Assembly: GCA_963846575.1 (NCBI GenBank)
Contig: CAWJWJ010000002.1
Span: 1,632,001 to 1,696,000 of the forward strand
Length of the DNA stretch: 64,000 nt
Source: an uncultured Nitrospiraceae bacterium
Lineage (GTDB): Bacteria > Nitrospirota > Nitrospiria > Nitrospirales > Nitrospiraceae
Direction of reading: 5' to 3'
This document shows positions 46,262 to 55,988 of the stretch, one piece after another. The notes under the pieces are model-generated. The model saw only the letters and a list, made by a program, of their open reading frames with translations, had not been told where the DNA came from and searched no databases. Made by a program: the position numbers and the translations under genes. Position 1 is the stretch's first letter, and the number at the start of each line of letters is the position of its first letter.

Positions 46262-47125
46262 ATGGCCGACACGACCGCGGTGAGAAAAGTAGACGCGCCC
46301 GGACCGAAGCTGACTCCAGAGACGTTCAAGCACCTGCGCGACTTGATCTATGAAATGACGGGCATCCATTTTCAAGACAACAAGACCTATCTCCTGGAAA
46401 GCCGGCTGCTGCCCCGCATGAAGGCCTGCCGCTGCCCGACCTTCGAAAGTTACCTCAATTATCTGCGCTTCGACGCCTATCGCGACCGCGAAGTCACCGA
46501 ACTCTACACCGTCATTACGACCAATGAGACGTATTTTTTCCGGGATGAAGCCCAACTTGAGACCTTCATGAAGGTCATGATTCCCGAAGTCATGAAAACC
46601 AATGCGGACTCGAAGCAACTCCGGATCTGGAGCGCGGCCTGCTCGACCGGCGATGAGCCATATACTCTGGCTCTGCTCCTGCGCGACTATCCTCCGCTCG
46701 CCAATTGGTCGATTGATATCCTCGCCACGGATATCAGCGAGAATGTGCTGACCGTCGCCCGAGCGGGCACCTACAGCTCCCATTCACTTCGCAAAGTACC
46801 GGCCGCCCTGCGCACCAAATATTTCACGGGATCGGCGGAGCATCAGACGCTCGTACCCCTGGTCAAAAATATGGTGCGCTTCATGAGCGTCAACCTTTAC
46901 GACCGCCCCAGGCTCAAGCTCGTACGGGGAATGGATATCGTTTTCTGCCGCAATTGCCTCATCTATTTCGATGACAAAGCCAAGGCGCAGATCGTCTCGG
47001 ACCTGCGTGATGCCTTACGCCCGAAAGGGTATTTGATGATCGGGTTCTCCGAGACGTTGCACGACACCACTGGACAATTTCGAGCCATTCATGCCGGTCG
47101 TTCCGTCATTCATGAGAAACAGTAA
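46262..47125 (+). CDS. cheR: Chemotaxis methyltransferase CheR
   Basis: TTNETYFFRD, IWSAACSTGDEPY, FCRNCLIYFD. Confidence 0.96.
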   Translation: MADTTAVRKVDAPGPKLTPETFKHLRDLIYEMTGIHFQDNKTYLLESRLLPRMKACRCPTFESYLNYLRFDAYRDREVTELYTVITTNETYFFRDEAQLETFMKVMIPEVMKTNADSKQLRIWSAACSTGDEPYTLALLLRDYPPLANWSIDILATDISENVLTVARAGTYSSHSLRKVPAALRTKYFTGSAEHQTLVPLVKNMVRFMSVNLYDRPRLKLVRGMDIVFCRNCLIYFDDKAKAQIVSDLRDALRPKGYLMIGFSETLHDTTGQFRAIHAGRSVIHEKQ

Positions 47126-47137
47126 GGAGGATAACTC

Positions 47138-47518
47138 ATGCCAGCCGATCCGAATATGAAAATTCTCGTCGTCGATGACATGTCTACCATGCGGCGGATC
47201 GTCAAGAACATCCTCAAACAATTGGGCTTCAACAACCTGGAAGAAGCCGAAAACGGTCAGGAAGCCTTGACGAAACTGCAGGCCGACAACTACGGCTTCG
47301 TCGTGTCCGACTGGAATATGCCCGTCATGATGGGCATCGACATGTTGCGTGCCATCCGGGCCGACGAGAAGCTGAAAGCCATCCCCGTGTTGATGGTGAC
47401 GGCCGAGGCGCAGAAAGAGAATCTGATGGAAGCCGTCAAGGCCGGCGTGAGCAATTACGTGGTCAAACCCTTCACCGCCGAGACGATGCAGGAAAAGATC
47501 AACAAAATTTTTAAGTAA
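47138..47518 (+). CDS. cheY: Response regulator CheY
   Basis: [32 protein letters not shown]. Confidence 0.97.
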   Translation: MPADPNMKILVVDDMSTMRRIVKNILKQLGFNNLEEAENGQEALTKLQADNYGFVVSDWNMPVMMGIDMLRAIRADEKLKAIPVLMVTAEAQKENLMEAVKAGVSNYVVKPFTAETMQEKINKIFK

Positions 47519-47542
47519 ATCGACTCCTAACCGGTGAGGGAC

Positions 47543-48196
47543 ATGATGGCACAAGTACGTGCGGCAGCGCAGTCGCGGGATGAAATGAGCGAACCTGACC
47601 AGGACGGAAAAGGGCCCGACACCAAGCTGTACGAGGAACTCGGAGAGTTGGCGCGCTTCATCGATACCACCATGAAGACCCTGTCCGAATTCAGTGCACC
47701 CGTGAGCAGTTCAACAGAACAACTGCCTCAAGCGCTCAGTCATCTCGCTAACCTCAAGACCTTGACTGAAAAAGGCACGCATGAAGTCATGCTTCAGGTA
47801 GAAGCCATGCAGGACAGCCACACCCGGCTGAACACGATGCTCAAAACGCTGACGCAGGCCCTCCAGCAGGCTCAGGTTTCCCCGGCGATCCAGGCCCAGG
47901 TGCAACACGTCAGCAAGCAGCTGGGCGAGGACGATAAACGGCTACTCGACATCATGACGGCGCTCTCGTTTCAAGACCTGGTCGCACAGAGCGTCAACAA
48001 ACTGGTAACGATTCTCGACGAGGTCGAGCACAAACTTCTTCAACTGGTGGTGGTCTTCGGTCCCTACCAGAAGCAGGCGGCGAAGCAGGACCATGACAAA
48101 GCCAGTGAAATGTTGAAGCAGTTGGAAGCGACGAAGAATACCTCGATGGACCAGGATCTGGCCGACGAGATCCTGAAGCAATTCGGTTTTAACTGA
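47543..48196 (+). CDS. cheZ: CheY-P phosphatase CheZ
   Basis: ALSFQDLVAQ motif; C-terminal QDLADEILKQFGF; lies between cheY and cheA. Confidence 0.85.
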   Translation: MMAQVRAAAQSRDEMSEPDQDGKGPDTKLYEELGELARFIDTTMKTLSEFSAPVSSSTEQLPQALSHLANLKTLTEKGTHEVMLQVEAMQDSHTRLNTMLKTLTQALQQAQVSPAIQAQVQHVSKQLGEDDKRLLDIMTALSFQDLVAQSVNKLVTILDEVEHKLLQLVVVFGPYQKQAAKQDHDKASEMLKQLEATKNTSMDQDLADEILKQFGFN

Positions 48197-48204
48197 GGTG
48201 GGTT

Positions 48205-50076
48205 ATGAGCGATGAAATGCAGGAAATACTCAACGACTTTCTGACCGAGTCGCACGAGATGCTGGAGGTGCTGGATCAGCGGTTCGTGACGTTGGAGGCC
48301 GACCCCGGCAACACGGCCCTGCTCAACGAGATCTTCCGGGCCATGCATAGCATGAAGGGCTCGGCCGGTTTTCTCGGGTTTACCCATCTGGTGGACGTCG
48401 CCCATCGGGGCGAGAACATTCTGAACAAACTGCGGCAGGGCGACATGGCCGTGAGCCCCCGCATCATCAGCGTCATTCTCGAGACCGTCGATGTCATCAA
48501 GGCCCTCATGGCCGACATCCGGGAGTCCGGCACCGACACCCATGTCGCGACCGCGGCCATCGCCGCCACGTTGGACGAGATTCTGGCGGGGAAGTCCGGC
48601 GCAGCGGCGCCCGCCACGCCGCCGCCCGCGGCCGCCCCGGCGGCCGGCCCCCCCGTCGCCCCGCCCGAGCCGGCCCCCACGCTCGGCGAGATTCTGGTGA
48701 CCGAGGGCCTGGCCTCCAAGGATCAGGTGCTCGATGCCCTCAATGCGCAACAACATCAGCCGGACCCCAAGACCCCCCTGGGCGAGATTCTCCTCCAGGC
48801 CAAGGCCATTACCGAGCGTGCGCTGGATCAGGCCCTCCACAAACAGGAAAAACAGCCCAAACCGGCCGAAGAAGACGCCACCATCCGCGTGGAAACCAAG
48901 CGCCTCGACAGCGTCATGAACCTCGTCGGCGAGTTGGTCCTCGGCCGCAACCGCCTGATCAAGATCGGCACGCAGCTCGAGCAGAACCATGAGTCGGATC
49001 CGCAGGTCCGCGTCCTGAGCGAAACCCTGGCCCAACTCAACCTGGTGACGACCGATCTGCAACTGGCCGTCATGAAGACGCGCATGCTCCCGATCAAAAA
49101 AGTCTTTGCGAAGCTCCCGCGCATGGTCCGGGACCTCTCCCAGAAATTGAACAAGCAGGTGCGGCTGGAGATGCGCGGCGAGGAGACCGAACTCGATAAG
49201 TCGGTGGCCGACGAAATCGGCGACCCGCTCGTCCACCTGGTCCGCAACGCCATCGACCACGGCATCGAAACCCCGGCGGAACGCCAGGCCAAGGGCAAAC
49301 CCGGCGAGGGGCAGTTGACCATTGCCGCCAGCCAGGAGGGCAACAGCATCGTCATCCGGATCAACGACGACGGGCGCGGCATTCCGGTGGACAAGATCAA
49401 GGCCAAGGCGCTGGCCAAGGGCCTCATCAGCGAGGCCGAGCTCGCGACCATGGAGCATCGCGAAGTCCTGAACCTCATCTTCCTGCCGGGCTTCAGCACG
49501 GCCGAGCAGGTCACCGACGTGTCCGGCCGCGGCGTCGGCATGGATGTCGTCCGCACCAACATCCGGAAGATCAACGGCAGCGTCGACCTCGAATCCGAGG
49601 CGGGCAAGGGCAGCCAGATCATCATCAAGCTGCCCCTGACCATCGCGATCATCCAGGCCCTGATGGTGGAGGTGGAACAGTCGATTTTCGCCATCCCCCT
49701 CAGTACCGTCATCGAGGCGGTCCGCATTTCCCGGAGCGACATCAAGACCATCAACGGGCGGGAGGTGCTGCACCTGCGCGATCGGGTGTTGCCGCTGATC
49801 CGCCTGGCGCAGGAGTTCGACATTCCCACCGATGCCGACCGCGAGCGGTTCTATGTCGTGGTGGCCGCCCTGGGCGATCGCCGGGTCGGCGTGGTCGTCG
49901 ACGAGCTGCGCTCCCAGGAGGAGGTCGTCATCAAGTCCATCTGGGATTATCTCGAAACCGTCAAGGGCGTCTCGGGCGCCACGATCACCGGCGAGGGCAA
50001 GGTGGTCCTCATCCTCGACACCTCCGAACTGGTCCAGAACGCCCGCGCCTGGCACAACAACGGAGTACCGGTCTAA
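48205..50076 (+). CDS. cheA: Chemotaxis histidine kinase CheA (P1, MshEN-like repeat, P3, P4, P5; no P2)
   Basis: IFRAMHSMKG, IRVETKRLD, HLVRNAIDHGIE, FSTAEQVTDVSGRGVGMDVV, CheW-like P5. Confidence 0.97.
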   Translation: MSDEMQEILNDFLTESHEMLEVLDQRFVTLEADPGNTALLNEIFRAMHSMKGSAGFLGFTHLVDVAHRGENILNKLRQGDMAVSPRIISVILETVDVIKALMADIRESGTDTHVATAAIAATLDEILAGKSGAAAPATPPPAAAPAAGPPVAPPEPAPTLGEILVTEGLASKDQVLDALNAQQHQPDPKTPLGEILLQAKAITERALDQALHKQEKQPKPAEEDATIRVETKRLDSVMNLVGELVLGRNRLIKIGTQLEQNHESDPQVRVLSETLAQLNLVTTDLQLAVMKTRMLPIKKVFAKLPRMVRDLSQKLNKQVRLEMRGEETELDKSVADEIGDPLVHLVRNAIDHGIETPAERQAKGKPGEGQLTIAASQEGNSIVIRINDDGRGIPVDKIKAKALAKGLISEAELATMEHREVLNLIFLPGFSTAEQVTDVSGRGVGMDVVRTNIRKINGSVDLESEAGKGSQIIIKLPLTIAIIQALMVEVEQSIFAIPLSTVIEAVRISRSDIKTINGREVLHLRDRVLPLIRLAQEFDIPTDADRERFYVVVAALGDRRVGVVVDELRSQEEVVIKSIWDYLETVKGVSGATITGEGKVVLILDTSELVQNARAWHNNGVPV

Positions 50077-50186
50077 GTAGCAAGCGATGGAACGAACCCT
50101 GACGGTCATGCAACGGATTCAAGTAAGCCTCATGTCAATCGGCGTGTCACAACAGACGAACAGCGAAGCGCGAGATCGGAGGACGT

Positions 50187-51170
50187 ATGTCGACTCTCAT
50201 CAACGAGATTGATGCTCGGACCAGGCTGGCCGGCGCGAATCAAATGGAACTCCTGCTGTTCAAACTGGGCACCAACGAAATCTTCGGCATCAACGTGTTC
50301 AAGGTCCGGGAAGTCATGAAACTTCCCGCGCTCACACAGATACCGGAAGCTGACAGCCGCATCGTAGGCATGGCCAATATCCGGGGAATCATGGTTCCTG
50401 TGGTCGGCTTGAAACGTAGTTTGGGTCTCAGCGGGGAAATCCAGGAGGACACTGAGGGTGCAATAAACTCACATCCTTACCTGATCGTGTCCGAATACAA
50501 CGGAAGCCTGCAAGGATTCCTCGTGGCCGGCGTCGATCGTATCATTCGCTTCTCCTGGTCGGCCATCAAAACGCCGCCCGCGATAGTCAGGGAGAACAAC
50601 AAAGGCGCGGTCACGGCCGTGACCATGCTCGATGATGGCCGCATGGTCCTCATTCTCGACGTGGAAAAAGTGCTGAACGATATCTGTCCGCGTTCGGATG
50701 ATGAAGTCTTTGCTGGCGTGGTCCCCACACCGGCGTTGAGATCCAAGTGCATGCTGTTCGCCGACGATTCATCGGTGGCACGAACGCAGATCCGAAAAGC
50801 GCTCGACCGCCTTGAGATGTCTTACATCATGGCTACGACTGGAGGGGAAGCCTGGAGCAAACTCCAAGCCCTAGCGGAGCAGGCCACTGCCGAGGGCAAA
50901 GAGCGCGTGGATCAGATCCAGTGCATTCTGAGTGACATTGAAATGCCCGAAATGGACGGCTTCACCCTGACGAAGCACATTCGCGCGGACCCGCGGCTGG
51001 CGCACCTGCCGGTGATGCTGCATTCCTCGCTCACCGGGGCCTGCAACATGGAGAAGGGTAAAGCAGTCGGGGCGACGGACTACATCACGAAATTCGACGC
51101 CAAGATGTTGGGCGCAAAACTATCCTTCTATCTGAGCGAGGAGAGACAGCAGGCAAGCAAGGCTGCCTAG
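50187..51170 (+). CDS. cheV: Chemotaxis adaptor CheV (CheW + REC)
   Basis: NQMELLLF...GINVFKVREV; ADDS, SDIEMPEMDGF. Confidence 0.94.
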   Translation: MSTLINEIDARTRLAGANQMELLLFKLGTNEIFGINVFKVREVMKLPALTQIPEADSRIVGMANIRGIMVPVVGLKRSLGLSGEIQEDTEGAINSHPYLIVSEYNGSLQGFLVAGVDRIIRFSWSAIKTPPAIVRENNKGAVTAVTMLDDGRMVLILDVEKVLNDICPRSDDEVFAGVVPTPALRSKCMLFADDSSVARTQIRKALDRLEMSYIMATTGGEAWSKLQALAEQATAEGKERVDQIQCILSDIEMPEMDGFTLTKHIRADPRLAHLPVMLHSSLTGACNMEKGKAVGATDYITKFDAKMLGAKLSFYLSEERQQASKAA

Positions 51171-51209
51171 TGTAGTCGGGCCATACTCAGTGATTCAGTG
51201 GTCAACCGC

Positions 51210-51237
51210 TCAAGCTTTCGAGGCGGATGGCCGATGT
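51210..51237 (+). promoter_or_regulatory. sigma28 promoter for cheB-mcp-cheW
   Basis: TCAAGCTT-N12-GCCGATGT. Confidence 0.65.
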
Positions 51238-51251
51238 TAAGACAGGACTCT

Positions 51252-52349
51252 ATGGCGCTTCCACTATCACAACCCAGCACCGGAATAGCCCCGGTTCGAG
51301 TATTAGTCGTGGACGACTCCGCTTTCATGCGGAAGAGCCTGACGAACATGCTCGAAGAAAGCAAGCAGATCCAGGTGATCGGCGTCGCCCGAAACGGGGA
51401 GGAAGCGGTCCAGCAGGTGCAGCAGCTGAAGCCCGATGTCGTCACGATGGATGTGGAAATGCCCGGCATGACGGGTCTTCAGGCCCTGCAGCACATCATG
51501 GCGAAACATCCGGTCCCGATTATTATGGTCAGCTCGATCACTGTCGAGGGCGCTCAGGAAACCCTGCAAGCATTGGAATGGGGGGCGGTGGATTTCGTCC
51601 CCAAGCAATTGGACGGTGTCGCCTCGAAGATCGCTGAAATTCAAAAACAACTCGTCTCCAAAGTGCTCGCTGCCAGACATGCCGGCTCCAAGTTGAGAAC
51701 CATGCCGATGATCGGCCAGGCCAAGCCTGCGGCCCTCCCGTGTAAAACGCTAAGCAGCTTCTCAGTCAGCGTCACCCGCGGAACCAAATTAATCGCGATC
51801 GGCTGCTCGACAGGAGGACCGCAAGCCCTGTTCGAAATCATGCCGACGATACCCGGGGATTGTCCGGCCGGCATCGTGATTGTCCAACACATGCCGAAAT
51901 CGTTTACCAAGCCGTTCGCCGAACGCCTGAACAATCTCTGTGCGCTGGATGTGCGCGAGGCCGTCGACGGAGACGAAATCAAACCAGGTCGCATACTCGT
52001 CGCACCCGGTGGCATGCAATTCCGGGTGGTGAAGAGAACCATCACCAGCTCGGTGGTGAAACTGGCTCCCAACGTCGAAAACCATCCTCATGCCCCCTCC
52101 GCCGACATCATGCTCCAATCCGTGGCAGCGCTGTATGGCGAACGCAGCATCGGCGTGATTTTAACGGGGATGGGACATGACGGATTGGAAGGGATGAAAG
52201 CGATCAAGGCAGCCAAGGGTCGGACAATAGCGCAGGACGAAGCGTCGAGCGTCGTGTACGGCATGCCGAAAGCCGTCGCGGAAGCCGGGTGTGCGGACAA
52301 AGTGGTTTCCCTATCCAAAGTGGTGGGCGAAATCATGAATATGGTGTGA
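51252..52349 (+). CDS. cheB: Chemotaxis methylesterase CheB
   Basis: REC (VVDDSAFMR, MDVEMP); GCSTGGP, VQHMP, LTGMGHDG, VVYGMP. Confidence 0.96.
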   Translation: MALPLSQPSTGIAPVRVLVVDDSAFMRKSLTNMLEESKQIQVIGVARNGEEAVQQVQQLKPDVVTMDVEMPGMTGLQALQHIMAKHPVPIIMVSSITVEGAQETLQALEWGAVDFVPKQLDGVASKIAEIQKQLVSKVLAARHAGSKLRTMPMIGQAKPAALPCKTLSSFSVSVTRGTKLIAIGCSTGGPQALFEIMPTIPGDCPAGIVIVQHMPKSFTKPFAERLNNLCALDVREAVDGDEIKPGRILVAPGGMQFRVVKRTITSSVVKLAPNVENHPHAPSADIMLQSVAALYGERSIGVILTGMGHDGLEGMKAIKAAKGRTIAQDEASSVVYGMPKAVAEAGCADKVVSLSKVVGEIMNMV

Positions 52350-52397
52350 CAGGGACCGTCATCTCAATCGTTCACAACGGAGAGGGTAGGAGGCGTT

Positions 52398-54083
52398 ATG
52401 GGGAGCATGATGAAGAATATGACGATCGGGCCTAAATTTATCGTGTCGATTACCGCAACGGCGCTCATGGTTATGGTCCTGGGGCTGGTGATCCTGTATC
52501 AGCAGGAAGAAAGTAAAATGGACACTTTGCTCGGTACGCGAGCCAACGTGATCAGCACCCAGATCATGATCGGCCGGGCTTATATCACCCAGAACTACGT
52601 CGCCAAGATTAAGAAATCAAAAAGCGGCGCAGATATTCAGGTTATGAAAGACCATATCGGGGTTCCGGATGCCATTCCCTTCCCCGCCACGGCGGTCCGC
52701 GAAATGGGTGAAGAAGCCTCGCGAACAGGCCTCTATAACGCCCGTTTGGTCAGCCAGAATCCTATGAATGTGGCTAACACGCCCAAAGACAACTTCGAGA
52801 ACGAAGCAATCAGGGCCATCATGGCCGGAGCGGATCACTATTCGCGCCGCGATGACGTGAACGGAGTTCAAACGTTCCGCCGTGCCGTTGCGGATAAGGC
52901 CTCGTCTGCCGCCTGTCTGGGCTGCCACACCAACAATCAGGTCGGCGACACCTTGGGCATGTTAAGCCTCTCCATGCCGATGACCGAAGCCGTGGCCCTC
53001 TCTAATCGCTCCATGTGGCAGACCGGTGGCCTGATGGCGACCATGGTCGTGATCATCATGGTGGTCACGTACTTCCTGCTTCGCAACATCGTGCTGAAGC
53101 CATTGGCCAAAATGAGCGACATCTCCAAAGACATTGCGAAGGGCGAGGGCGACCTCACCAAGCGGGTGCCTGCCGATGGCAACGACGAACTTGCCCACAT
53201 GGGCGGTTACTTCAACGAGTTCATCGAGAAGCTGCAGCAGATGATCAAGAAAGTGGCGCACGTCACGGACAAAGTGGCATCGGCTTCGGTGGAATTATCC
53301 GCGACCGCCGAGGAAATTTCGAAAGGCACGGACACGTTGACCTCGCGTGCCTCACAGACCGCAGCCGCGGTGGAAGAAATGAACGCCACCGTCGGTCAGG
53401 TGGCTCAGAACTCCGGCAAGGCTGCCAGCCTGGCGCAGGATACCGTCAAGACCGCTCAAGAGGGCGGGACGGTGGTGTCCAGCACCATCTCCGGAATGCA
53501 ACAGCTGTCCGAGGCCGTATCGAATTCAGCAACAATCATTTCCGACCTGGGCAAGTCGTCGGACCAAATCGGCGAGATCGTACGAACGATCGAAGATATC
53601 GCCGATCAGACGAACTTGCTGGCCCTCAATGCCGCGATCGAAGCCGCCCGCGCCGGTGAGCAGGGACGAGGCTTCGCGGTCGTGGCCGATGAAGTCCGCA
53701 AACTCGCAGAACGGACGACCAAAGCCACGAAGGAAATCGGCGACATGATCCGTCAAATCCAGCAGGATACGCGGGGCGCCGTCGAGTCCATGCAGCAAGG
53801 GACGCAGAAGGTCACAGCCGGCGTCGATCTGGTCAATAAAACCGGGGAAGCCCTGTCACAGATCGTGCGCATGGTCTCGGAAAGCGCGGACATGATCCGG
53901 CAGATTGCCGTCGCCTCGGAGGAGCAGTCGGTGGCGACCCAGCAGATCGCCAGTGACATCGAGAACGTGGCGAAGGTAACGAAAGAGTCTTCGTCGGGAG
54001 CACATGAGTCCGCGAAGGCCAGTCAGGATTTGAGCCAGCTGGCGGTCGAGTTGCAGGGCATCGTGGGTGGATTCAAGATCTAA
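52398..54083 (+). CDS. Methyl-accepting chemotaxis protein with periplasmic c-type heme (DUF3365/Tll0287-like) sensor
   Basis: Two TM helices flanking PFPAT...[47 protein letters not shown]. Confidence 0.93.
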   Translation: MGSMMKNMTIGPKFIVSITATALMVMVLGLVILYQQEESKMDTLLGTRANVISTQIMIGRAYITQNYVAKIKKSKSGADIQVMKDHIGVPDAIPFPATAVREMGEEASRTGLYNARLVSQNPMNVANTPKDNFENEAIRAIMAGADHYSRRDDVNGVQTFRRAVADKASSAACLGCHTNNQVGDTLGMLSLSMPMTEAVALSNRSMWQTGGLMATMVVIIMVVTYFLLRNIVLKPLAKMSDISKDIAKGEGDLTKRVPADGNDELAHMGGYFNEFIEKLQQMIKKVAHVTDKVASASVELSATAEEISKGTDTLTSRASQTAAAVEEMNATVGQVAQNSGKAASLAQDTVKTAQEGGTVVSSTISGMQQLSEAVSNSATIISDLGKSSDQIGEIVRTIEDIADQTNLLALNAAIEAARAGEQGRGFAVVADEVRKLAERTTKATKEIGDMIRQIQQDTRGAVESMQQGTQKVTAGVDLVNKTGEALSQIVRMVSESADMIRQIAVASEEQSVATQQIASDIENVAKVTKESSSGAHESAKASQDLSQLAVELQGIVGGFKI

Positions 54084-54111
54084 TCGGCCAACCACGAGAA
54101 GGAGCCGCAGC

Positions 54112-54630
54112 ATGAGTGCCACGGAACAAATAGCAAAAGCCCAGTACCAGGCGGCCGCAGACAGTTCTGCGGACCGCCTGGATGAAAAGGCGGGTGACGA
54201 TCTCCTGCAGTTCGTCATCTGCCTCATCGGCAGTGAAGAGTTCGCAGTGGACGTCCTGAGTGTTCAGGAAATCAACAGGATCGTGGAGGTCACGCGAGTG
54301 CCGAAGACGCCGCCTTACGTGGAAGGCGTCATCAACTTGCGAGGCCGCATCATCCCGGTCTTGGATCTTCGAAAATTATTCGGCCTGACCGGCGCGAAGC
54401 AGACCACCAACACGCGAATCGTCGTGGTATCTGTGCAGGCACGCCTGGTGGGGTTGATCGTAGATTCGGTTGAGGAAGTCTTACGGGTGCCCAGAAGCGC
54501 CATTGAGCCTCCGCCGTCGGTCGGTACCATGGCCGGCGCGGAGTTCACCCAGGGCGTGGGGCGCATTGATGACCGGCTTCTGATTCTAGTGGATTTGAGC
54601 CGCCTTCTCCTGGCCAGAGAAGCGGCCTAG
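54112..54630 (+). CDS. cheW: Chemotaxis coupling protein CheW
   Basis: VQEINR...TRVP...YVEGVINLRGRIIPVLDLR; GLIVDSV. Confidence 0.95.
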   Translation: MSATEQIAKAQYQAAADSSADRLDEKAGDDLLQFVICLIGSEEFAVDVLSVQEINRIVEVTRVPKTPPYVEGVINLRGRIIPVLDLRKLFGLTGAKQTTNTRIVVVSVQARLVGLIVDSVEEVLRVPRSAIEPPPSVGTMAGAEFTQGVGRIDDRLLILVDLSRLLLAREAA

Positions 54631-54770
54631 TGACCAAGCGCTCAGCCAGCCAGAAATGAGCATGTGCGACAGTGCGAACGACCAGCGGTGGCAGGCGGGG
54701 GCGACAAACTCAAACCTTCCTGGCCGGATCGGCGCGGGCGGTGACGGACACCCTGTCACCGCCCTGCACC

Positions 54771-55013
54771 TTAGGAACTCTGAGTGTCAGAAGGATGGGA
54801 CGGGGAGGAGCCGCGACGGTTCCGCGCATCAAGGACCCGTTCAAGCAGTTGTAGCGATTCCGTCAGGACATCCGAGGCGCAGCTCAGGGTGACATGAAAC
54901 TGTTGCATGGCTTCCGGCCATCGACCTTCCTCCTGCAGGACCTGAAATTTCCGATGCTGCTCATCGAGAATGGCCTGTTTGGCATCAAGCATCAAGCTAT
55001 CGGCAGGACCCAC
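54771..55013 (-). CDS. Small hypothetical protein (MGPADSLMLDAKQAILDEQ...)
   Basis: GGAGG RBS 7 nt before GTG; amphipathic helical 80-aa ORF filling the cheW-motA gap. Confidence 0.6.
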   Translation of the reverse strand: MGPADSLMLDAKQAILDEQHRKFQVLQEEGRWPEAMQQFHVTLSCASDVLTESLQLLERVLDARNRRGSSPSHPSDTQSS

Positions 55014-55142
55014 AAGAGCACCTCCATGTACACGATTGTGACTTCGGCGCACGCTACCAGAGCAAATCCGGGCGGCGCAAGCCCACCATTCTGGGTAGGT
55101 ATGAGCCAGGTCTATCGCGAGTGGGGCTAGGGACATCGAACC

Positions 55143-55913
55143 GTGGATATCGCCACTATACTAGGCGTCGTCATTGCCATCGGATCCATTCTCGGGGGTC
55201 AGGCCCTCGAGGGCGGACATATCGGATCGGTACTTCAATTGACGGCGTTCATCATCGTGATGGGGGGAACCATCGGAGCCTGCTGCGTGCAAAATCCCCT
55301 CTCCGTCGTGATCAAAGCCCTAACTTCCGTCACGCTCGTCCTGACCAATGCTTCTCACGACGTCAAAGGCACGATCACCCAGATCCTCGATCTTGCCAAT
55401 GTCTCGCGCAAGCAGGGATTGCTCGCCCTCGAAGGAAAGCTGAAGGAGCTGCACGACCCTTTCTTTCAGAAGGGCGTGCAATTGATCGTGGACGGCACCG
55501 ACCCGAAACTTCTGCAGGAAATTTTGGAAATAGAAGTCGAGCACCATGAGGAAGAGGGTATGCACGCGGCAAAGGTCTGGGAAGCCGCGGGCGGATATGC
55601 GCCGACCGTGGGAATCCTGGGCGCGGTGCTTGGCTTGATCCACGTGATGGAGAATCTCGCCGACCCGTCCAAACTCGGAAGCGGCATCGCCGTGGCGTTT
55701 GTCGCAACCGTCTATGGCGTCGGAGCCGCCAATCTGTTTTTCCTGCCGATCGCGAACAAGATGAAGTTTAAGCTGAAGGAAGAGGCGGGTTTACGGACCA
55801 TGGTAATTCTTGGACTCGTGGGGCTGGCGCAGGGAGAGAACCCCAGACTGCTGCAGGAGAAGCTGGAAAGTTATCTCCCTTACAACGAGCGGACCAAAGA
55901 GGACAAGAAATGA
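55143..55913 (+). CDS. motA: Flagellar stator MotA
   Basis: RKQGLLALE, GYAPTVGILGAVLGLI, AFVATVYG. Confidence 0.95.
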   Translation: MDIATILGVVIAIGSILGGQALEGGHIGSVLQLTAFIIVMGGTIGACCVQNPLSVVIKALTSVTLVLTNASHDVKGTITQILDLANVSRKQGLLALEGKLKELHDPFFQKGVQLIVDGTDPKLLQEILEIEVEHHEEEGMHAAKVWEAAGGYAPTVGILGAVLGLIHVMENLADPSKLGSGIAVAFVATVYGVGAANLFFLPIANKMKFKLKEEAGLRTMVILGLVGLAQGENPRLLQEKLESYLPYNERTKEDKK

Positions 55914-55988
55914 CCGGCAGCGCATGACGTCTCAGCAGCGTGGAGCGCAGCGCCTGCCTATCCCTCCGCGGATTACCACGGTGTCCTG

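Noticed and set aside
48064..50109. 681-aa antisense ORF over cheA
   Set aside because: Shadow of high-GC3 cheA codons; no motifs or RBS
54997..55004. GCCGATAG on the minus strand as a sigma28 -10
   Set aside because: No -35 at the 12-nt spacing; lies inside the small ORF's coding sequence
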